Part shown: in pieces, positions 9,805 through 19,668 of the stretch | How positions within the stretch are numbered: position 1 is the stretch's first letter | How the letters are laid out: each line of letters opens with the position of its first letter | DNA from: Dehalococcoidia bacterium | Lineage (GTDB): Bacteria > Chloroflexota > Dehalococcoidia > UBA2979 | Direction of reading: 5' to 3' | Assembly: GCA_965262725.1 (NCBI GenBank) | Contig: OZ253555.1 | Location: forward strand, 288,001-352,000 | Length of the DNA stretch: 64,000 nucleotides | The notes under the pieces: model-generated | Databases searched by the model: none | Seen by the model: the letters and a program-made list of their open reading frames with translations, nothing else | Told to the model about the DNA's origin: nothing | Translations under genes and position numbers: made by a program

Positions 9805-11718
9805 CTAGGACGCTGGTGCCAAACTCGAGTCACGGCGGCCGCAGTCGGTGTGAGAGGGAAGTGTAGCGTCGGGTGGGCGCGGGTCGGGAGTTGCGCCGCT
9901 GGGGAGTGAGCGGGGCCGGCATCGACCCGGGGACCCCCGGACGCAGGCTCTCCCGCAGTCGCCCCCGCCTCCGTCTCCCCTACGAGGGCGCTGTGACCGC
10001 CCACCGGGTTGGTGTGTGATGCAGGCCCAGGACCGCCAACCGCGCCAGGTTGACGGAGGCGGCGAGCAGATTGTGGTCGGCGTCGACCTTGAGACGGCCC
10101 CGGACACGGGCGACGCGGCCCCCGTGTCTGCGACGGGTCGTATGCGCCACCTTGCGTTCGACTCGCGAGCGGACCGCGCGGTAGCCGGATAGCCACCCGG
10201 GAGTCTCCTGGCGTGCCCGGGCGGCCGCGAGACTGGCCTCGTGGACGCCCACCGCGACGGTGCGTCCCCCGCGCGATGTGGTGCACTGCGCGCGAAGCGG
10301 ACAGGGGCTGCAGGCGCCCCGGAAGCAGGCGGTTCCCGAGCCGTCGGAGGCGCGGCGAATCGGCACCGTCACCTCCGCGGGGCAGGTCACGGTGCCCCTC
10401 TCCAGGTCGATGGTGAATCGCTCCTTGCTGAAGTGCTGATGCGGCGCGGTCGCTCTCTGAGTGCGGCAGCGGGACTCGACCCCGTGCTGCTCCAGCACCT
10501 CCTGGAACGCGCCCGAGCCGTAGGCCGAATCGCCGTAGACCGTCGGTGTCCCGGTGCTCGCCTCCGCAGCCGCGTCGGCGGCTAAGTCGTGTGCCCCTGC
10601 GTCCTCCAGCAGGTCCGTGATCAACTCCTCCGCAACCTCCCCGTCCGCCACGTTGCCCGCGGTCACCGTCGTGTGGGTGATGAGCTCCGACTCCGGGTCG
10701 ACCGCCAGATGGCCCTTGTAGCCGTCGAAGCCGTGCGCGGAGCTCTTGCGTCCGTGGCGGGCGTCGGTGTCCACGGTCGAGATGATGCGGTCCCTCGCTA
10801 CCCGCCGCGCAATCACGAAGCGCCCGCCGTCGTCCTGCTCGAGGTCCTGCCCCACCACGGCCGCACAGAGCTCGCCCGCCCGCTCGACGTGCCCGTCGAG
10901 CTCCCGGCCCTCCAGCACCCGCAGGCAGCGCGATACATCGGCCGCCAGCTCGTCGATGAGCGCCCGCGCGGCCTCGCGGTCCTCCCAGTCGCACGGAGGC
11001 TTCCCAGCGGCCCGGTAGTCGTCATCGCGCTCCAGCACCGCCCGCAGCTCGGCCCCGAGTCCGGGCGCATCGAGGCTCTCCGCCTCCCGCAGCAGCCCGC
11101 GGAGCGACGAGCGGAGCAACGTCACCGTGTCCTGCGTGGCGACGGCGTCGTAGAGCGGCGTGGAGTCCAGCACACGCTGAGCAGAGAGCAGCTTCGCCTC
11201 GCGCGCCACCGCGAGCGTGGCCTCGAAGATGCGCCGGGGACGCTCGGAGCCGGCGAGGCGAGCGCGCATCGAGACCAGGACCGTGTGCACGAAGCCCGGC
11301 GCGTCGTAGTCGAGTCCGCCGCAGGCGAACTTCCAGCGGGCGTCCCACTCGAAGGCCGCCACCGCCTCGCGGTCGGAGAGGCCGTGGAGTCGCTGCAGCA
11401 CCATGACCGTGGCGACGACGCGGGACGGAACGCTGCGGCGGCCGCGAGCGGCGAAGAGGTCGGCGAACATCTCGTCGGGGAAGAGGCGTTCACCCTCGCG
11501 GGCCAGGAGGGTCCAGATCGAGTTCCCGGGAACCCTCTCAGCGACGTAGGCGGTGCTCTTGAAGAGGTGGGGCTGCCTGGAGGTCTCTCCGAGTGTCATG
11601 GGCGCGCCTTCCGCTGCGAACGGAACTGATCACCCACATGATCGCATCCCGTGACTCAGCTCGCAACGCGACCCCGCCTCCAGCGGCACCCACCGTCCAA
11701 AAAACACCAGCCTCCTAG
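9805..11718 (-). mobile_element. IS1182-family element
   Basis: Inverted ends CTAGGACGCTGGTG / CACCAGCCTCCTAG bounded by CTAG. Confidence 0.8.
9980..11599 (-). CDS. IS1182-family DDE transposase
   Basis: GRRSVP...LQRLHGLSDREA (DUF772-like), LDSTP, DTDARHGRKS...GYKGH, GDSAYG, Cys cluster CP..C..CPLRAQCT, RSRVE. Confidence 0.85.
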   Translation of the reverse strand: MTLGETSRQPHLFKSTAYVAERVPGNSIWTLLAREGERLFPDEMFADLFAARGRRSVPSRVVATVMVLQRLHGLSDREAVAAFEWDARWKFACGGLDYDAPGFVHTVLVSMRARLAGSERPRRIFEATLAVAREAKLLSAQRVLDSTPLYDAVATQDTVTLLRSSLRGLLREAESLDAPGLGAELRAVLERDDDYRAAGKPPCDWEDREAARALIDELAADVSRCLRVLEGRELDGHVERAGELCAAVVGQDLEQDDGGRFVIARRVARDRIISTVDTDARHGRKSSAHGFDGYKGHLAVDPESELITHTTVTAGNVADGEVAEELITDLLEDAGAHDLAADAAAEASTGTPTVYGDSAYGSGAFQEVLEQHGVESRCRTQRATAPHQHFSKERFTIDLERGTVTCPAEVTVPIRRASDGSGTACFRGACSPCPLRAQCTTSRGGRTVAVGVHEASLAAARARQETPGWLSGYRAVRSRVERKVAHTTRRRHGGRVARVRGRLKVDADHNLLAASVNLARLAVLGLHHTPTRWAVTAPS

Positions 11719-11934
11719 GGCCCGCTCACATTGGCTGCCGGGCATCGTGGACCCGACGGTAGCCCGGTCGCGCGCCGGTTGGCGGGTCTCACCTCCCTCA
11801 TGGGCACTTTCCATCAGCAAGGCTGGCTGGCCCCGCCGGGCTCCCAGGTGGAGGAGCCGGGCGAGAGCGCGAGGCGACAAGGGGGACCGCAGGCGATCGG
11901 GCGCTTCGTGAAGTGTGGCCCGCGGCGCGGCGCG

Positions 11935-12249
11935 CTACCCGGCCGCGCGCGCCAGCGCCCGCTCGACCCACTCGCGCTCGGGCAACCCGCGCAGTCCCGC
12001 CGCCGTGGCGTAGACCCGGCAGCGGGGCGTGCAGTCGGCGCATACCTCCCAGCCCGGCTCCACGTCGAGACCGTCGACGCGGATCGTCGGCGAGCCGGGG
12101 AAGCAGAGCAGCCGCCCCGTCGGCTCGTCCTCGACGGCGATCTCCTCGACCTGAGGCGAGAGGCCCAGCGCGCAGGCGACGTCGGCGATGAGCGTGCGGG
12201 CCGAGCGGTAGTGCGGACACCCGGTGGACCAGAGAAGCTCCACCCGCAC
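11935..12249 (-). CDS. Thioredoxin-like small protein (DUF2703/alkylmercury-lyase-associated type)
   Basis: VELLWSTGCPHY, FPGSPTIRVDG.DV, CRVY motifs; start inferred at GTG 12249. Confidence 0.7.
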   Translation of the reverse strand: MRVELLWSTGCPHYRSARTLIADVACALGLSPQVEEIAVEDEPTGRLLCFPGSPTIRVDGLDVEPGWEVCADCTPRCRVYATAAGLRGLPEREWVERALARAAG

Positions 12250-12314
12250 CCTGCGCCTCCGTCCCCGCTCCTTCAGATTACCTCCCGCTGCTCTCCCCAG
12301 ACAGCGCCGGCGGA

Positions 12315-12878
12315 TCAGGACCGGTGCGCCCAGCCCGGCCCGGCGACGCGCTCGAGGTCGCCCGGCGCCGCGGGCGCAAGCGCCTGAAGAAGCTCGGCGA
12401 CCGAACGCCCGAGCAGCGGGTGGCGCTCGGTCGCGGCGATCTCGGCGAGCGGAGCGAGCACGAATCCGCGCTCGTGCAGCCGGGGATGGGGCACGACGAG
12501 CGCGGGGCACGCGACGACCTCTCCCTCGATCAGGAGGATGTCGACGTCGAGCGGGCGCGCCGCGTTGCGCGGGGCGTCGAGATCGCGCCCGGCCGCCGTC
12601 TCGATGCGCTTCGCCGCCGCCAGGAGCTCGGCCGGCCGCAGCGCCGTCTCACCACTCACGACGGCGTTGAGGTAGCGGGGCGGGGCGGAGAGTCCGGCGG
12701 GGGGCTCTCCCCACGGCGCCGTCTCGTAGAGCGACGAGACGCTGTCGACATCGACGCCGCGTACGCGCAGCTCCCCGATGGCCCCGGCCAGCTGCGAGGC
12801 GCGATCGCCGAGGTTCGCCCCCAGGCCGAGCCAGACCCGGCGCCTCGGGGATCCCCCGTCCCGGCGGCCGCCCTTCAT
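12315..12878 (-). CDS. folK: 2-amino-4-hydroxy-6-hydroxymethyldihydropteridine diphosphokinase
   Basis: LGLGANLGDR, SSLYETAPWG, RPLDVDILL, PHPRLHERGFVLAPL. Confidence 0.93.
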   Translation of the reverse strand: MKGGRRDGGSPRRRVWLGLGANLGDRASQLAGAIGELRVRGVDVDSVSSLYETAPWGEPPAGLSAPPRYLNAVVSGETALRPAELLAAAKRIETAAGRDLDAPRNAARPLDVDILLIEGEVVACPALVVPHPRLHERGFVLAPLAEIAATERHPLLGRSVAELLQALAPAAPGDLERVAGPGWAHRS

Positions 12879-13777
12879 CCCGCCGGCGGCGACGCGCGGT
12901 GAGGGGAGGGCGCACCCGGCGGCCAGCCGCGAACGACCGCGTCGGCGACGCGGGCGACCCGCGCCATCTCCTCCACGTCGTGCACGCGCACGAGGTCGGC
13001 GCCGCTCGCCACGGCGAGCGCGACGGTCGCCGCCGTGCCCCAGAGGCGGCGCCCGGGATCCGGCTCATCGAGCACGAGCCCGATCGTCGACTTGCGCGAG
13101 GTGCCGATGAGGAGCGGCCGGCCGAGCGGCCGCAGCTCCCCGAGCCTGACCAGGATCTCGAGGCTCTCCCGAGGCTCCCAGCCGAAGCCGAAACCCGGGT
13201 CGAGCACGAGCCGCTCCTCGGCCACGCCGGCGGCGCGCGCGGCGCGGAGCGACTCCTCAAGACCCGCCCGCGCGTCGGCCACGGGATCGCCCGAGCTGCG
13301 CCGGAAGCGCTGGTTGTGCATCAGGATCGCGGGCACGCCGGCGGCGGCCAGAAGCGGCGCGAGGGCGGGATCTCCCAGGAGCCCGCGCACGTCGTTGACC
13401 GCGTCGGCACCGGCGTCGACGGCGCGCCGGGCCACCTCCGCCTTCGAGGTGTCGACCGAGATCGGCGCGTCGATGCGGGCGCGCACGGCCGCAAGCACCG
13501 GGCCGAGGCGGCGCCACTCCTCGTCGGCGTCGACGAGGGCGGCGCCGGGCCGCGTCGACTCGGAGCCGATATCCACCAGATCGGCTCCTGAGCCCACGAA
13601 ATGCTCCGCGCGCTCCGCCGCGGCGCCCGGGTCGAGCTCGCCGTCCCCCGAGAAGGAGTCGGGCGTCGCGTTGAGCACCGCCACCAGGTAGGTACGCGCC
13701 CCCCACTCGAAGCTCCTGCCGCCGATCGTGATCGCGGCGGGAGTGCCACAGACGCCGGCTGCGGGAACGTTGCTCAC
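12875..13777 (-). CDS. folP: Dihydropteroate synthase
   Basis: LNATPDSFSGDG, DIGSESTRPG, ISVDTSK, LDPGFGF, GTSRKS, VRVHDV; start inferred at GTG 13777. Confidence 0.93.
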   Translation of the reverse strand: MSNVPAAGVCGTPAAITIGGRSFEWGARTYLVAVLNATPDSFSGDGELDPGAAAERAEHFVGSGADLVDIGSESTRPGAALVDADEEWRRLGPVLAAVRARIDAPISVDTSKAEVARRAVDAGADAVNDVRGLLGDPALAPLLAAAGVPAILMHNQRFRRSSGDPVADARAGLEESLRAARAAGVAEERLVLDPGFGFGWEPRESLEILVRLGELRPLGRPLLIGTSRKSTIGLVLDEPDPGRRLWGTAATVALAVASGADLVRVHDVEEMARVARVADAVVRGWPPGAPSPHRASPPAG

Positions 13778-14229
13778 TCGGGCCCGTCCACGATCTCGAG
13801 GGGCTCCTCCACGACGTCGCCGCCCCGGAGGATGTGGAAGGCGCGCACGGGAGGCGGCTCCTGCGCGAGGGAGACTAGGAGGTACCAGGTCCCCGGGTAC
13901 ATCGGCTCGGAGTCGACGGCGCCGGGAGGGAAGAAGGCCATCCGCACGTCGGTCGGCGAGGGACGCCCCTCGGTTGCCACGTGCGAGTGGTAGATCGCGA
14001 AGAGCCGCTCCCCCCGCCGCTCGCGGCTCTCCTCGAGCCGCATCTGCTCGAGGCCGTCCATCTCGTAGCGGTACGGGCTCGCCGCGACGTTGCGCACGCG
14101 GTGCAGCTCGAACTCCCCGTCGGGGGCCCGGTGAATAAGGCCGCACGCCTCGTTCGGAAGCTCGTCGCGCGCGTGCGCGACGAGGGCGTCGGCGAGGTCG
14201 CGCGGTATCTCCGGCACCCCTACGTCCAC
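13774..14229 (-). CDS. mec: JAMM/M67 metallopeptidase (Mec-like sulfur-carrier peptidase)
   Basis: PNEACG and YHSHVATEGRPSPTD (HxH-x6-PSxxD). Confidence 0.85.
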   Translation of the reverse strand: MDVGVPEIPRDLADALVAHARDELPNEACGLIHRAPDGEFELHRVRNVAASPYRYEMDGLEQMRLEESRERRGERLFAIYHSHVATEGRPSPTDVRMAFFPPGAVDSEPMYPGTWYLLVSLAQEPPPVRAFHILRGGDVVEEPLEIVDGPE

Positions 14230-14624
14230 TCCCCGGGCTCGCCGTCGTCGATGCACGCCTGGGGGGTCATGCGCATCTGCAGGTAGCTCGCGCTCGCCGG
14301 GCCGGGCTCGAGGTGCTCCACCCAGTGGTCCCACTCCTCCTCCGGCAGCCGCTCGAGGAGATCGGCGACCGGGAGGTGAACGAGCGACCGGCCGTCGGGC
14401 CCCGACGCGAGCCCCATGTCCAGGGACCAGCGGCCGGGGAGCGCGATGCGGCCCACGGTGCGCGTGCGCAGCAGCGTCGCCCCCGGCCGCGTCCGGTAGC
14501 GGTCGATCACCGAGGCGTCGAAGCGCAGGTGCAGCCGCGCGGCATCACGCGCGGCGAGCGCACGACGGAGCACCGCCCGCTCGAGCGGGACCGAGGAGTC
14601 CTCCCGGCGGGCGGGCCCCGTCAC
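14220..14624 (-). CDS. Hypothetical protein in sulfur-relay operon
   Basis: Fills the gap between rhodanese and mec on the same strand with tight junctions; no motif recognised. Confidence 0.65.
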   Translation of the reverse strand: MTGPARREDSSVPLERAVLRRALAARDAARLHLRFDASVIDRYRTRPGATLLRTRTVGRIALPGRWSLDMGLASGPDGRSLVHLPVADLLERLPEEEWDHWVEHLEPGPASASYLQMRMTPQACIDDGEPGEWT

Positions 14625-14627
14625 GAA

Positions 14628-15449
14628 CTAGCGCTCGATCGGGACGTCGATGAGCGAGCCGTACTCCGTCCACGAACCGTCGTAGTTGCGCACGTCGGGG
14701 TACCCGAGCAGGTGCTTGAGCGCGAACCAGGTGTGCGAGGAGCGCTCGCCGATGCGGCAGTAGACGATCGTCGAGTCGCCGTGGCTCACGCCGGCGCCCC
14801 CGTAGAGCGCCCGGAGCTCGTCCTGGGAGCGGAAGGTGCCGTCCTCGTTGACGGCCCGCGCCCACGGGATGCTCCACGCGCCGGGGATGTGGCCGCCGCG
14901 CTGCGCCGTCTCCGACATGCCGGGCGGGGCGATGATCTCGCCCGAGAACTCGGCGGGGCTCCGCACGTCGACGAGCTGCGTGCCCGCGGCGACGGCGGAG
15001 AGCACGTCGTCCCGCTTCGCCCGCAGCGCCGGCTTCGCCTCCTGCGCGCTGTAGCTCGCCGGGGCCACCTCCGGCACGTCGGTCGTCGTGGGCCGCTCCT
15101 CCGCGAGCCACTTCACGCGCCCGCCGTCCATCAGCGAGACGTTGTCGTGGCCGTAGAGCTCCAGCTGCCAGAGCGCGTAGGCGGCGAACCAGTTGTTGTT
15201 GTCGCCGTAGAGCACGACGTGCGTGTCGTTCCCGATGCCGGATGCGCCGAGCAGCTCCTCGAGAGCCTCCCGGGAGAGGATGTCCCGGCGCGTCGAGTCC
15301 TGGAGCTGCGTCGTCCAGTTCCAGGCGACGGCCCCCGCGATGTGCCCTCCCGCGTAGGCCTCGGTGTCGACGTCCACCTCCACCAGCCGGACGCCCGCGT
15401 CGGCGCCATGCTCCACCACCCAGTCGCTGGTCACCAGCTTCTCAACCAT
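14628..15449 (-). CDS. Tandem-domain thiosulfate sulfurtransferase (rhodanese, CysA/SseA type)
   Basis: VEVDVD..AY..GHI.GA, YGDNNNWFAA, DVRSPAEFSG, YCRIGERSSHTW, YDGSWTEY. Confidence 0.92.
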   Translation of the reverse strand: MVEKLVTSDWVVEHGADAGVRLVEVDVDTEAYAGGHIAGAVAWNWTTQLQDSTRRDILSREALEELLGASGIGNDTHVVLYGDNNNWFAAYALWQLELYGHDNVSLMDGGRVKWLAEERPTTTDVPEVAPASYSAQEAKPALRAKRDDVLSAVAAGTQLVDVRSPAEFSGEIIAPPGMSETAQRGGHIPGAWSIPWARAVNEDGTFRSQDELRALYGGAGVSHGDSTIVYCRIGERSSHTWFALKHLLGYPDVRNYDGSWTEYGSLIDVPIER

Positions 15450-15505
15450 GATCTTTCCTCCTGCACTCCGCGGCCGCGGCGCCCCTGCGGGCGCGGTGCC
15501 GCGGT

Positions 15506-16441
15506 CTACCACCACATCTTTTCCCGGATGTCCTCCTCGATCTCCGCGTACTCCTTCGACCAGAGGCCGGTCGAGAGATACTTCCACCCGCCGTCGGCGA
15601 GCAGGCAGACGATTTCCCCGCTCTCCATCCGCTCCGCCAGCCGCTGGGCGGCGCGGATCACCGCGCCCGCGGAGATGCCGGCGAAGACGCCGCAGCGCTC
15701 CATCAGCTCCTTGGTGAGGCGGAAGGAGGTGCGCGAGTCGACGACGATGCGGCCGTCGAGGACGGAGTCGTCGAAGACCGGCGGGATGTAGCCCTCCTCC
15801 AGGCTGCGCAGGCCCTGCACGAGGTCGCCGGGGTGCGGCGCCGCCGCCACCACCTGGATCCGGGGGTCGTGCTCCTTCAGCCGGCGGCCGACGCCGGTCA
15901 GGGTCCCCCCGGTGCCCAGCCCCGCGACGAAGGCGTCGATGCCCGGAAGATCCCGCAGGATCTCGGGCGCGGTCGTCTCGTAGTGCGCGCGCGGGTTCTC
16001 GGGATTCTCGTACTGGAACGGCATGAACCAGTCGGGGTGGGCCGCGCCGACCTCGCGGGCGCGCTCGACGGAGCCGTTCGTGCCCAGCTCCCCCGGCGAG
16101 TAGAGAACCTCGGCGCCGAAGGCTTCGATCAGGCGGACGCGCTCGATGCTCACCGCGTCGGGCATCACGACCTTGACCGGGTAGCCGCGCAGCCGGCCTA
16201 TCAGGGCGAGCGCGATGCCGGTGTTGCCGGAGGTCGGCTCGAGGATGGTCTGCCCCGGCCGGAGGCGGCCGTCCCGCTCGGCGGCGCTCACCATGTAGGC
16301 CGCGATGCGGTCCTTCACCGAGCCCGTGGGGTTCTGCCCCTCGAGCTTGGCGTAGATGCGCACGCCCGGGCTCGGCGAGAGCTCGCTGATCTCGACGAGG
16401 GGGGTCTCGCCGACGAGGTCGAGCACGCCGCTGTAGAGCAT
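15506..16441 (-). CDS. cysM: CysM-type PLP cysteine synthase
   Basis: KLEGQNPTGSVKDR, EPTSGNTGI, GLGTGGT, ADGGWKYLSTG and a W-ending tail as in mycobacterial CysM. Confidence 0.88.
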   Translation of the reverse strand: MLYSGVLDLVGETPLVEISELSPSPGVRIYAKLEGQNPTGSVKDRIAAYMVSAAERDGRLRPGQTILEPTSGNTGIALALIGRLRGYPVKVVMPDAVSIERVRLIEAFGAEVLYSPGELGTNGSVERAREVGAAHPDWFMPFQYENPENPRAHYETTAPEILRDLPGIDAFVAGLGTGGTLTGVGRRLKEHDPRIQVVAAAPHPGDLVQGLRSLEEGYIPPVFDDSVLDGRIVVDSRTSFRLTKELMERCGVFAGISAGAVIRAAQRLAERMESGEIVCLLADGGWKYLSTGLWSKEYAEIEEDIREKMWW

Positions 16442-16475
16442 CGGGGGCCTCACCCTCAGAGCGGCCGGCACGCGT

Positions 16476-16754
16476 CTAGCGCCCTCCGGCGAGGGCGGGG
16501 AGGAAGGAGACAGAGTCGCCCTCCGAGAGCGCCGTCCCTGCCCCCTGCAGGTAGCGCACATCCTCGTCGTTCAGGTAGATGTTGACGAAGCGATGGAGCG
16601 CCCCGCTCTCGTCGGAGACCTGAGCGCGGAACCCCGGGTAGCGGGACTCCAGGTTCTCGATCAGCTCGGCGATGGTCGAGCCCTCGGCCTCCAGTTGCTT
16701 CTGACCGCCGACGGCCCTCTGAATCACTGATGCGACGTACACCGTCACCGCCAC
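16476..16754 (-). CDS. MoaD/ThiS (CysO-like) sulfur carrier 1
   Basis: RFVNIYLNDEDVRYLQG...LPALAGGR; directly upstream of cysM. Confidence 0.88.
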   Translation of the reverse strand: MAVTVYVASVIQRAVGGQKQLEAEGSTIAELIENLESRYPGFRAQVSDESGALHRFVNIYLNDEDVRYLQGAGTALSEGDSVSFLPALAGGR

Positions 16755-16833
16755 CTGCAGCCCCCCACCCGAATCCGGCCCGCCCGCGCCACCCGGAGGC
16801 GGGGCGAGGGGCCTCTCGTCGTCTGTCGGCGCG

Positions 16834-17757
16834 CTACGCGTGCACGCCCTCCCGGCTCTCCACGAGCACGCCGTCCACTTCCTCGGACACAACCAGGGGC
16901 GGCGTGCCGCAGAACTGGTCGTAGTCGATGAGCTCGTGGATCGACGGCTCGTCGCCGCAGAGCGGGCACGCCGGGTCGCGCCGTAGCCGCATCATGCGGA
17001 ATTCCATGGTGAGCGCATCGATCAGGAGCAGCCGGCCGACCAGAGGCTCCCCGATCCCGAGGACCTGCTTGAAGACCTCGGTCGCCTGGATCGAGCCGAC
17101 CACGCCCGTGATCGCCCCCAGCACCCCCGCCTCGGCGCAGGACGGAACGAGGCCCGGCGGCGGCGGCGCCGGGTAGAGGCAGCGGTAGCAGCCCTGCCCG
17201 GGCGTGTAGACCGTCGCCTGCCCGTCGAAGAGGAGGATCGAGCCGTCGACCAAGGTCTTCCCCGAGAGGTAGGCGGCGTCGTTCACCAGGTAGCGCGTCG
17301 CGAAGTTGTCGGCGCCGTTCACCACGATGTCGTAGGAGGGGATGATCGCAAGCGCGTTGTCCGACGTGAGCGGCTGCTCGTGCGTCTCGACGGTGATGTG
17401 CGGGTTGTAGGCGAGCAGCGACTCCTTCGCCGAGAGGATCTTCGGCCGCCCCACGTCGGCGGTCTGGTGGAGGATCTGCCGCTGGAGGTTCGAGAGGTCG
17501 ACGATGTCGAAGTCGACGAGGCCGATGCGCCCGACGCCGGCGAGCGCGAGGTAGAGAGCCACCGGCGAGCCGAGCCCGCCGGCGCCGACGACCAGCACGC
17601 TGGCGTTGCGCAGCTTGCGCTGCCCGACCGGGCCGACCTGGCCCATGATCATGTGCCGCGAGTAGCGCATCACCTCATCCGGCGTGAAGGCGCTCCCCGG
17701 GGGCGGCCCCGCCGGCGTGGCCTCCGCCCCGCCTGTCGAGATTCCGGTGTCGCTCAT
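16834..17757 (-). CDS. moeB: MoeB/ThiF-family adenylyltransferase (no fused rhodanese)
   Basis: RYSRH, GAGGLGSP, DLSNLQRQ, DNFATRY, CYRC, PSCAEAGVLG, CPLC. Confidence 0.92.
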   Translation of the reverse strand: MSDTGISTGGAEATPAGPPPGSAFTPDEVMRYSRHMIMGQVGPVGQRKLRNASVLVVGAGGLGSPVALYLALAGVGRIGLVDFDIVDLSNLQRQILHQTADVGRPKILSAKESLLAYNPHITVETHEQPLTSDNALAIIPSYDIVVNGADNFATRYLVNDAAYLSGKTLVDGSILLFDGQATVYTPGQGCYRCLYPAPPPPGLVPSCAEAGVLGAITGVVGSIQATEVFKQVLGIGEPLVGRLLLIDALTMEFRMMRLRRDPACPLCGDEPSIHELIDYDQFCGTPPLVVSEEVDGVLVESREGVHA

Positions 17758-18035
17758 CGTGCCCCTCCTGCCAGCGCGGGGATGACTGCCACGTGGTCGC
17801 CGTTTGAGAGCACGGTTTCGACCCCCGCCAGATCGTGTATCACGCGATTGTTGACGTAGATATTGATATGCGCCGGTACCCGGCGCTCGCGATCGTAGAC
17901 GAGGTGGTCGAAGCCCGGGTAGGCCGCGTCCAGCGCGTCCAGCACGTCGCGCACCGTCCCTCCCTCGACGCTCACGTACTCGCGGTTCGCGGTGAAGCGC
18001 CGAAACGGCGACGGAATGTAGACGCGGACCGGCAT
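17754..18035 (-). CDS. MoaD/ThiS sulfur carrier 2
   Basis: Beta-grasp pattern, INIYVN, IPALAGGAR. Confidence 0.88.
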   Translation of the reverse strand: MPVRVYIPSPFRRFTANREYVSVEGGTVRDVLDALDAAYPGFDHLVYDRERRVPAHINIYVNNRVIHDLAGVETVLSNGDHVAVIPALAGGAR

Positions 18036-18045
18036 CTCAGCCTCC

Positions 18046-18981
18046 CTAGAACGCCACGCTGAGGTAGCGCTCGCCGGTGTCGCAGAGCATCGTCGCCACG
18101 CGCGCCCCGGAGCCGAGCTGCTCCGCGACGCGCGCCGCGGCCCAGACGTTCGCGCCGGCGGAGATCCCGACCAGGAGCCCCTCCTCGCGCGTCAGCCGCC
18201 TCGTCATGGAGAAGGCGTCCTCATCGGAGACTGCGATCACCTCGTCGTAGATCTCGCGGTTGAGCACGCCGGGGATGAAGGAGGCGCCGATGCCCTGGAT
18301 GGCGTGCATCCCGGCGCGGCCGCTCGCGAGCACCGGAGAGCGCGCGGGCTCGACTGCGACGATGCGCACGCGGGGGAGCGACTCCCTGAGCACCTCGCCG
18401 ACGCCGGTGATGGTGCCGCCGGTGCCCACGCCCGCCACGAAAGCGTCCAGCCGACCGCCGGTCGCCTCCAGTATCTCGGGACCGGTCGTGAGGCGATGCA
18501 CCTCCGGGTTCGCCGGATTCTCGAACTGCTGCGGCATGAAGTAGCCATGTGTCTCCGCGAGCTCACGCGCCGCGTAGACGGAGCCGGTCATCCCCTCGAT
18601 CGCCGGCGTCAGGACGATCTCCGCGCCGAAGCGCTCGAGCAGCCGGCGGCGCTCGACGCTCATGTCTTCCGGCATGGTGAGAACGAGCCGGTACCCCTTG
18701 CAGGCGCAGACCATCGCGAGCCCGATTCCGGTGTTGCCGGAGGTGGGCTCCACGAGGGTGTCTCCCGGGGTGATCTGGCCCGCGCGCTCGGCGGCCTCGA
18801 CCATCGAGAGCGCGATGCGATCCTTCACCGAGCCCGCCGGGTTCATCGACTCAAGCTTCCCCAGGATCTCGCTCCCCGGGGGCGCGACGCGGCTCAGTCG
18901 CACCAGGGGCGTCCGCCCGATCAGCGAGAGCACCCCGTCGGCGAGGACGGGCCGCGCCTGGGACTCCCGTTCCCCCCTCAT
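18046..18981 (-). CDS. cysK: Cysteine synthase A
   Basis: KLESMNPAGSVKDR, EPTSGNTG, QQFENPAN, GVGTGGT, HAIQGIGA, DTGERYLS. Confidence 0.92.
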   Translation of the reverse strand: MRGERESQARPVLADGVLSLIGRTPLVRLSRVAPPGSEILGKLESMNPAGSVKDRIALSMVEAAERAGQITPGDTLVEPTSGNTGIGLAMVCACKGYRLVLTMPEDMSVERRRLLERFGAEIVLTPAIEGMTGSVYAARELAETHGYFMPQQFENPANPEVHRLTTGPEILEATGGRLDAFVAGVGTGGTITGVGEVLRESLPRVRIVAVEPARSPVLASGRAGMHAIQGIGASFIPGVLNREIYDEVIAVSDEDAFSMTRRLTREEGLLVGISAGANVWAAARVAEQLGSGARVATMLCDTGERYLSVAF

Positions 18982-19051
18982 CGGCGCTCTCCCCCTCACC
19001 GCCGGCGGCGCGCAGGCGCGCGGTCTCCTTACCACCGGGGCGCAACCTCGC

Positions 19052-19498
19052 TCAGATGCTGTACGACGGCGCGATTCGGTCCCGGCGAGCGCTATCGCGC
19101 GCCAGGAGCTCGGCGAGCGTGACCGATGCGAGCCGGGCGCGCATCGCGTCGTATATCTCGCTCCACACCCACTGCTGTCCGCAGATCACATGCTGCTCCG
19201 AGTGCACCTCGCCGTCCTCCAGACACGCGAGGGGCGCGAGCGAGCCTTCGAGCGACTCCAGCACGTCGAGCAGACGGATCTCCGACGCCGGTTGGGCGAG
19301 CTCGTGGCCGCCGCCGGGGCCCCGGGTCGAGCGGACGAAGCCGTCACGCCTGAGCTGCGCCAGCAGGTGGTCGAGGTAGGACTCCGGGATCTGCCGGCGC
19401 GCCGCGATCCCCGTGCGCTGCACCGGCCCCTCCCCCTCGTGGAGGGCGAGCTCGATGAGGGCCCGCACGCCGTAGTCGCCCTTGGTCGAGAGCCGCAC
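19052..19498 (-). CDS. Rrf2-family transcriptional regulator (CymR/IscR-like)
   Basis: RLSTKGDYGVRALIELA, IPESYL, STRGPGGG; only two Cys in the C-terminal loop. Confidence 0.9.
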   Translation of the reverse strand: MRLSTKGDYGVRALIELALHEGEGPVQRTGIAARRQIPESYLDHLLAQLRRDGFVRSTRGPGGGHELAQPASEIRLLDVLESLEGSLAPLACLEDGEVHSEQHVICGQQWVWSEIYDAMRARLASVTLAELLARDSARRDRIAPSYSI

Positions 19499-19561
19499 TG
19501 CCTCACCCATCTCCGGCGCGCGCACCGCGCCGGCGGAGGCGGCGAGCGGTGGAGCGACTGT

Positions 19562-19586
19562 ATTGTCGACTAAGTCACTCGAGATT
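19562..19586. promoter_or_regulatory. Putative Rrf2 operator (IscR type-1-like imperfect palindrome)
   Basis: AT-rich ATTGTCGACT-AAGTC-ACTCGAGATT between the divergent Rrf2 and carbonic anhydrase genes. Confidence 0.6.
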
Positions 19587-19668
19587 GTAGCATGGTACGA
19601 TCGCGGTCGGGTCGTCCCTCCGGGGCCGGGCTGACACACAGGCACGTACCGGCGCAAGGAGGTTTCTG

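Larger units (their letters stand above)
6687..9808 (+). mobile_element. Internally deleted IS630-family remnant (~185 bp, MITE-like) interrupted by a group II intron
   Basis: Inverted ends CTAGTGTCCCGAGTTGCAAATGC / GCATTTCCAATTCAGGACACTAG. Rejoined frame WNEHRMRFISHKTTDQILD|NLTGYLNRISNSGH* resembles the IS630 transposase C-terminus. Confidence 0.75.
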
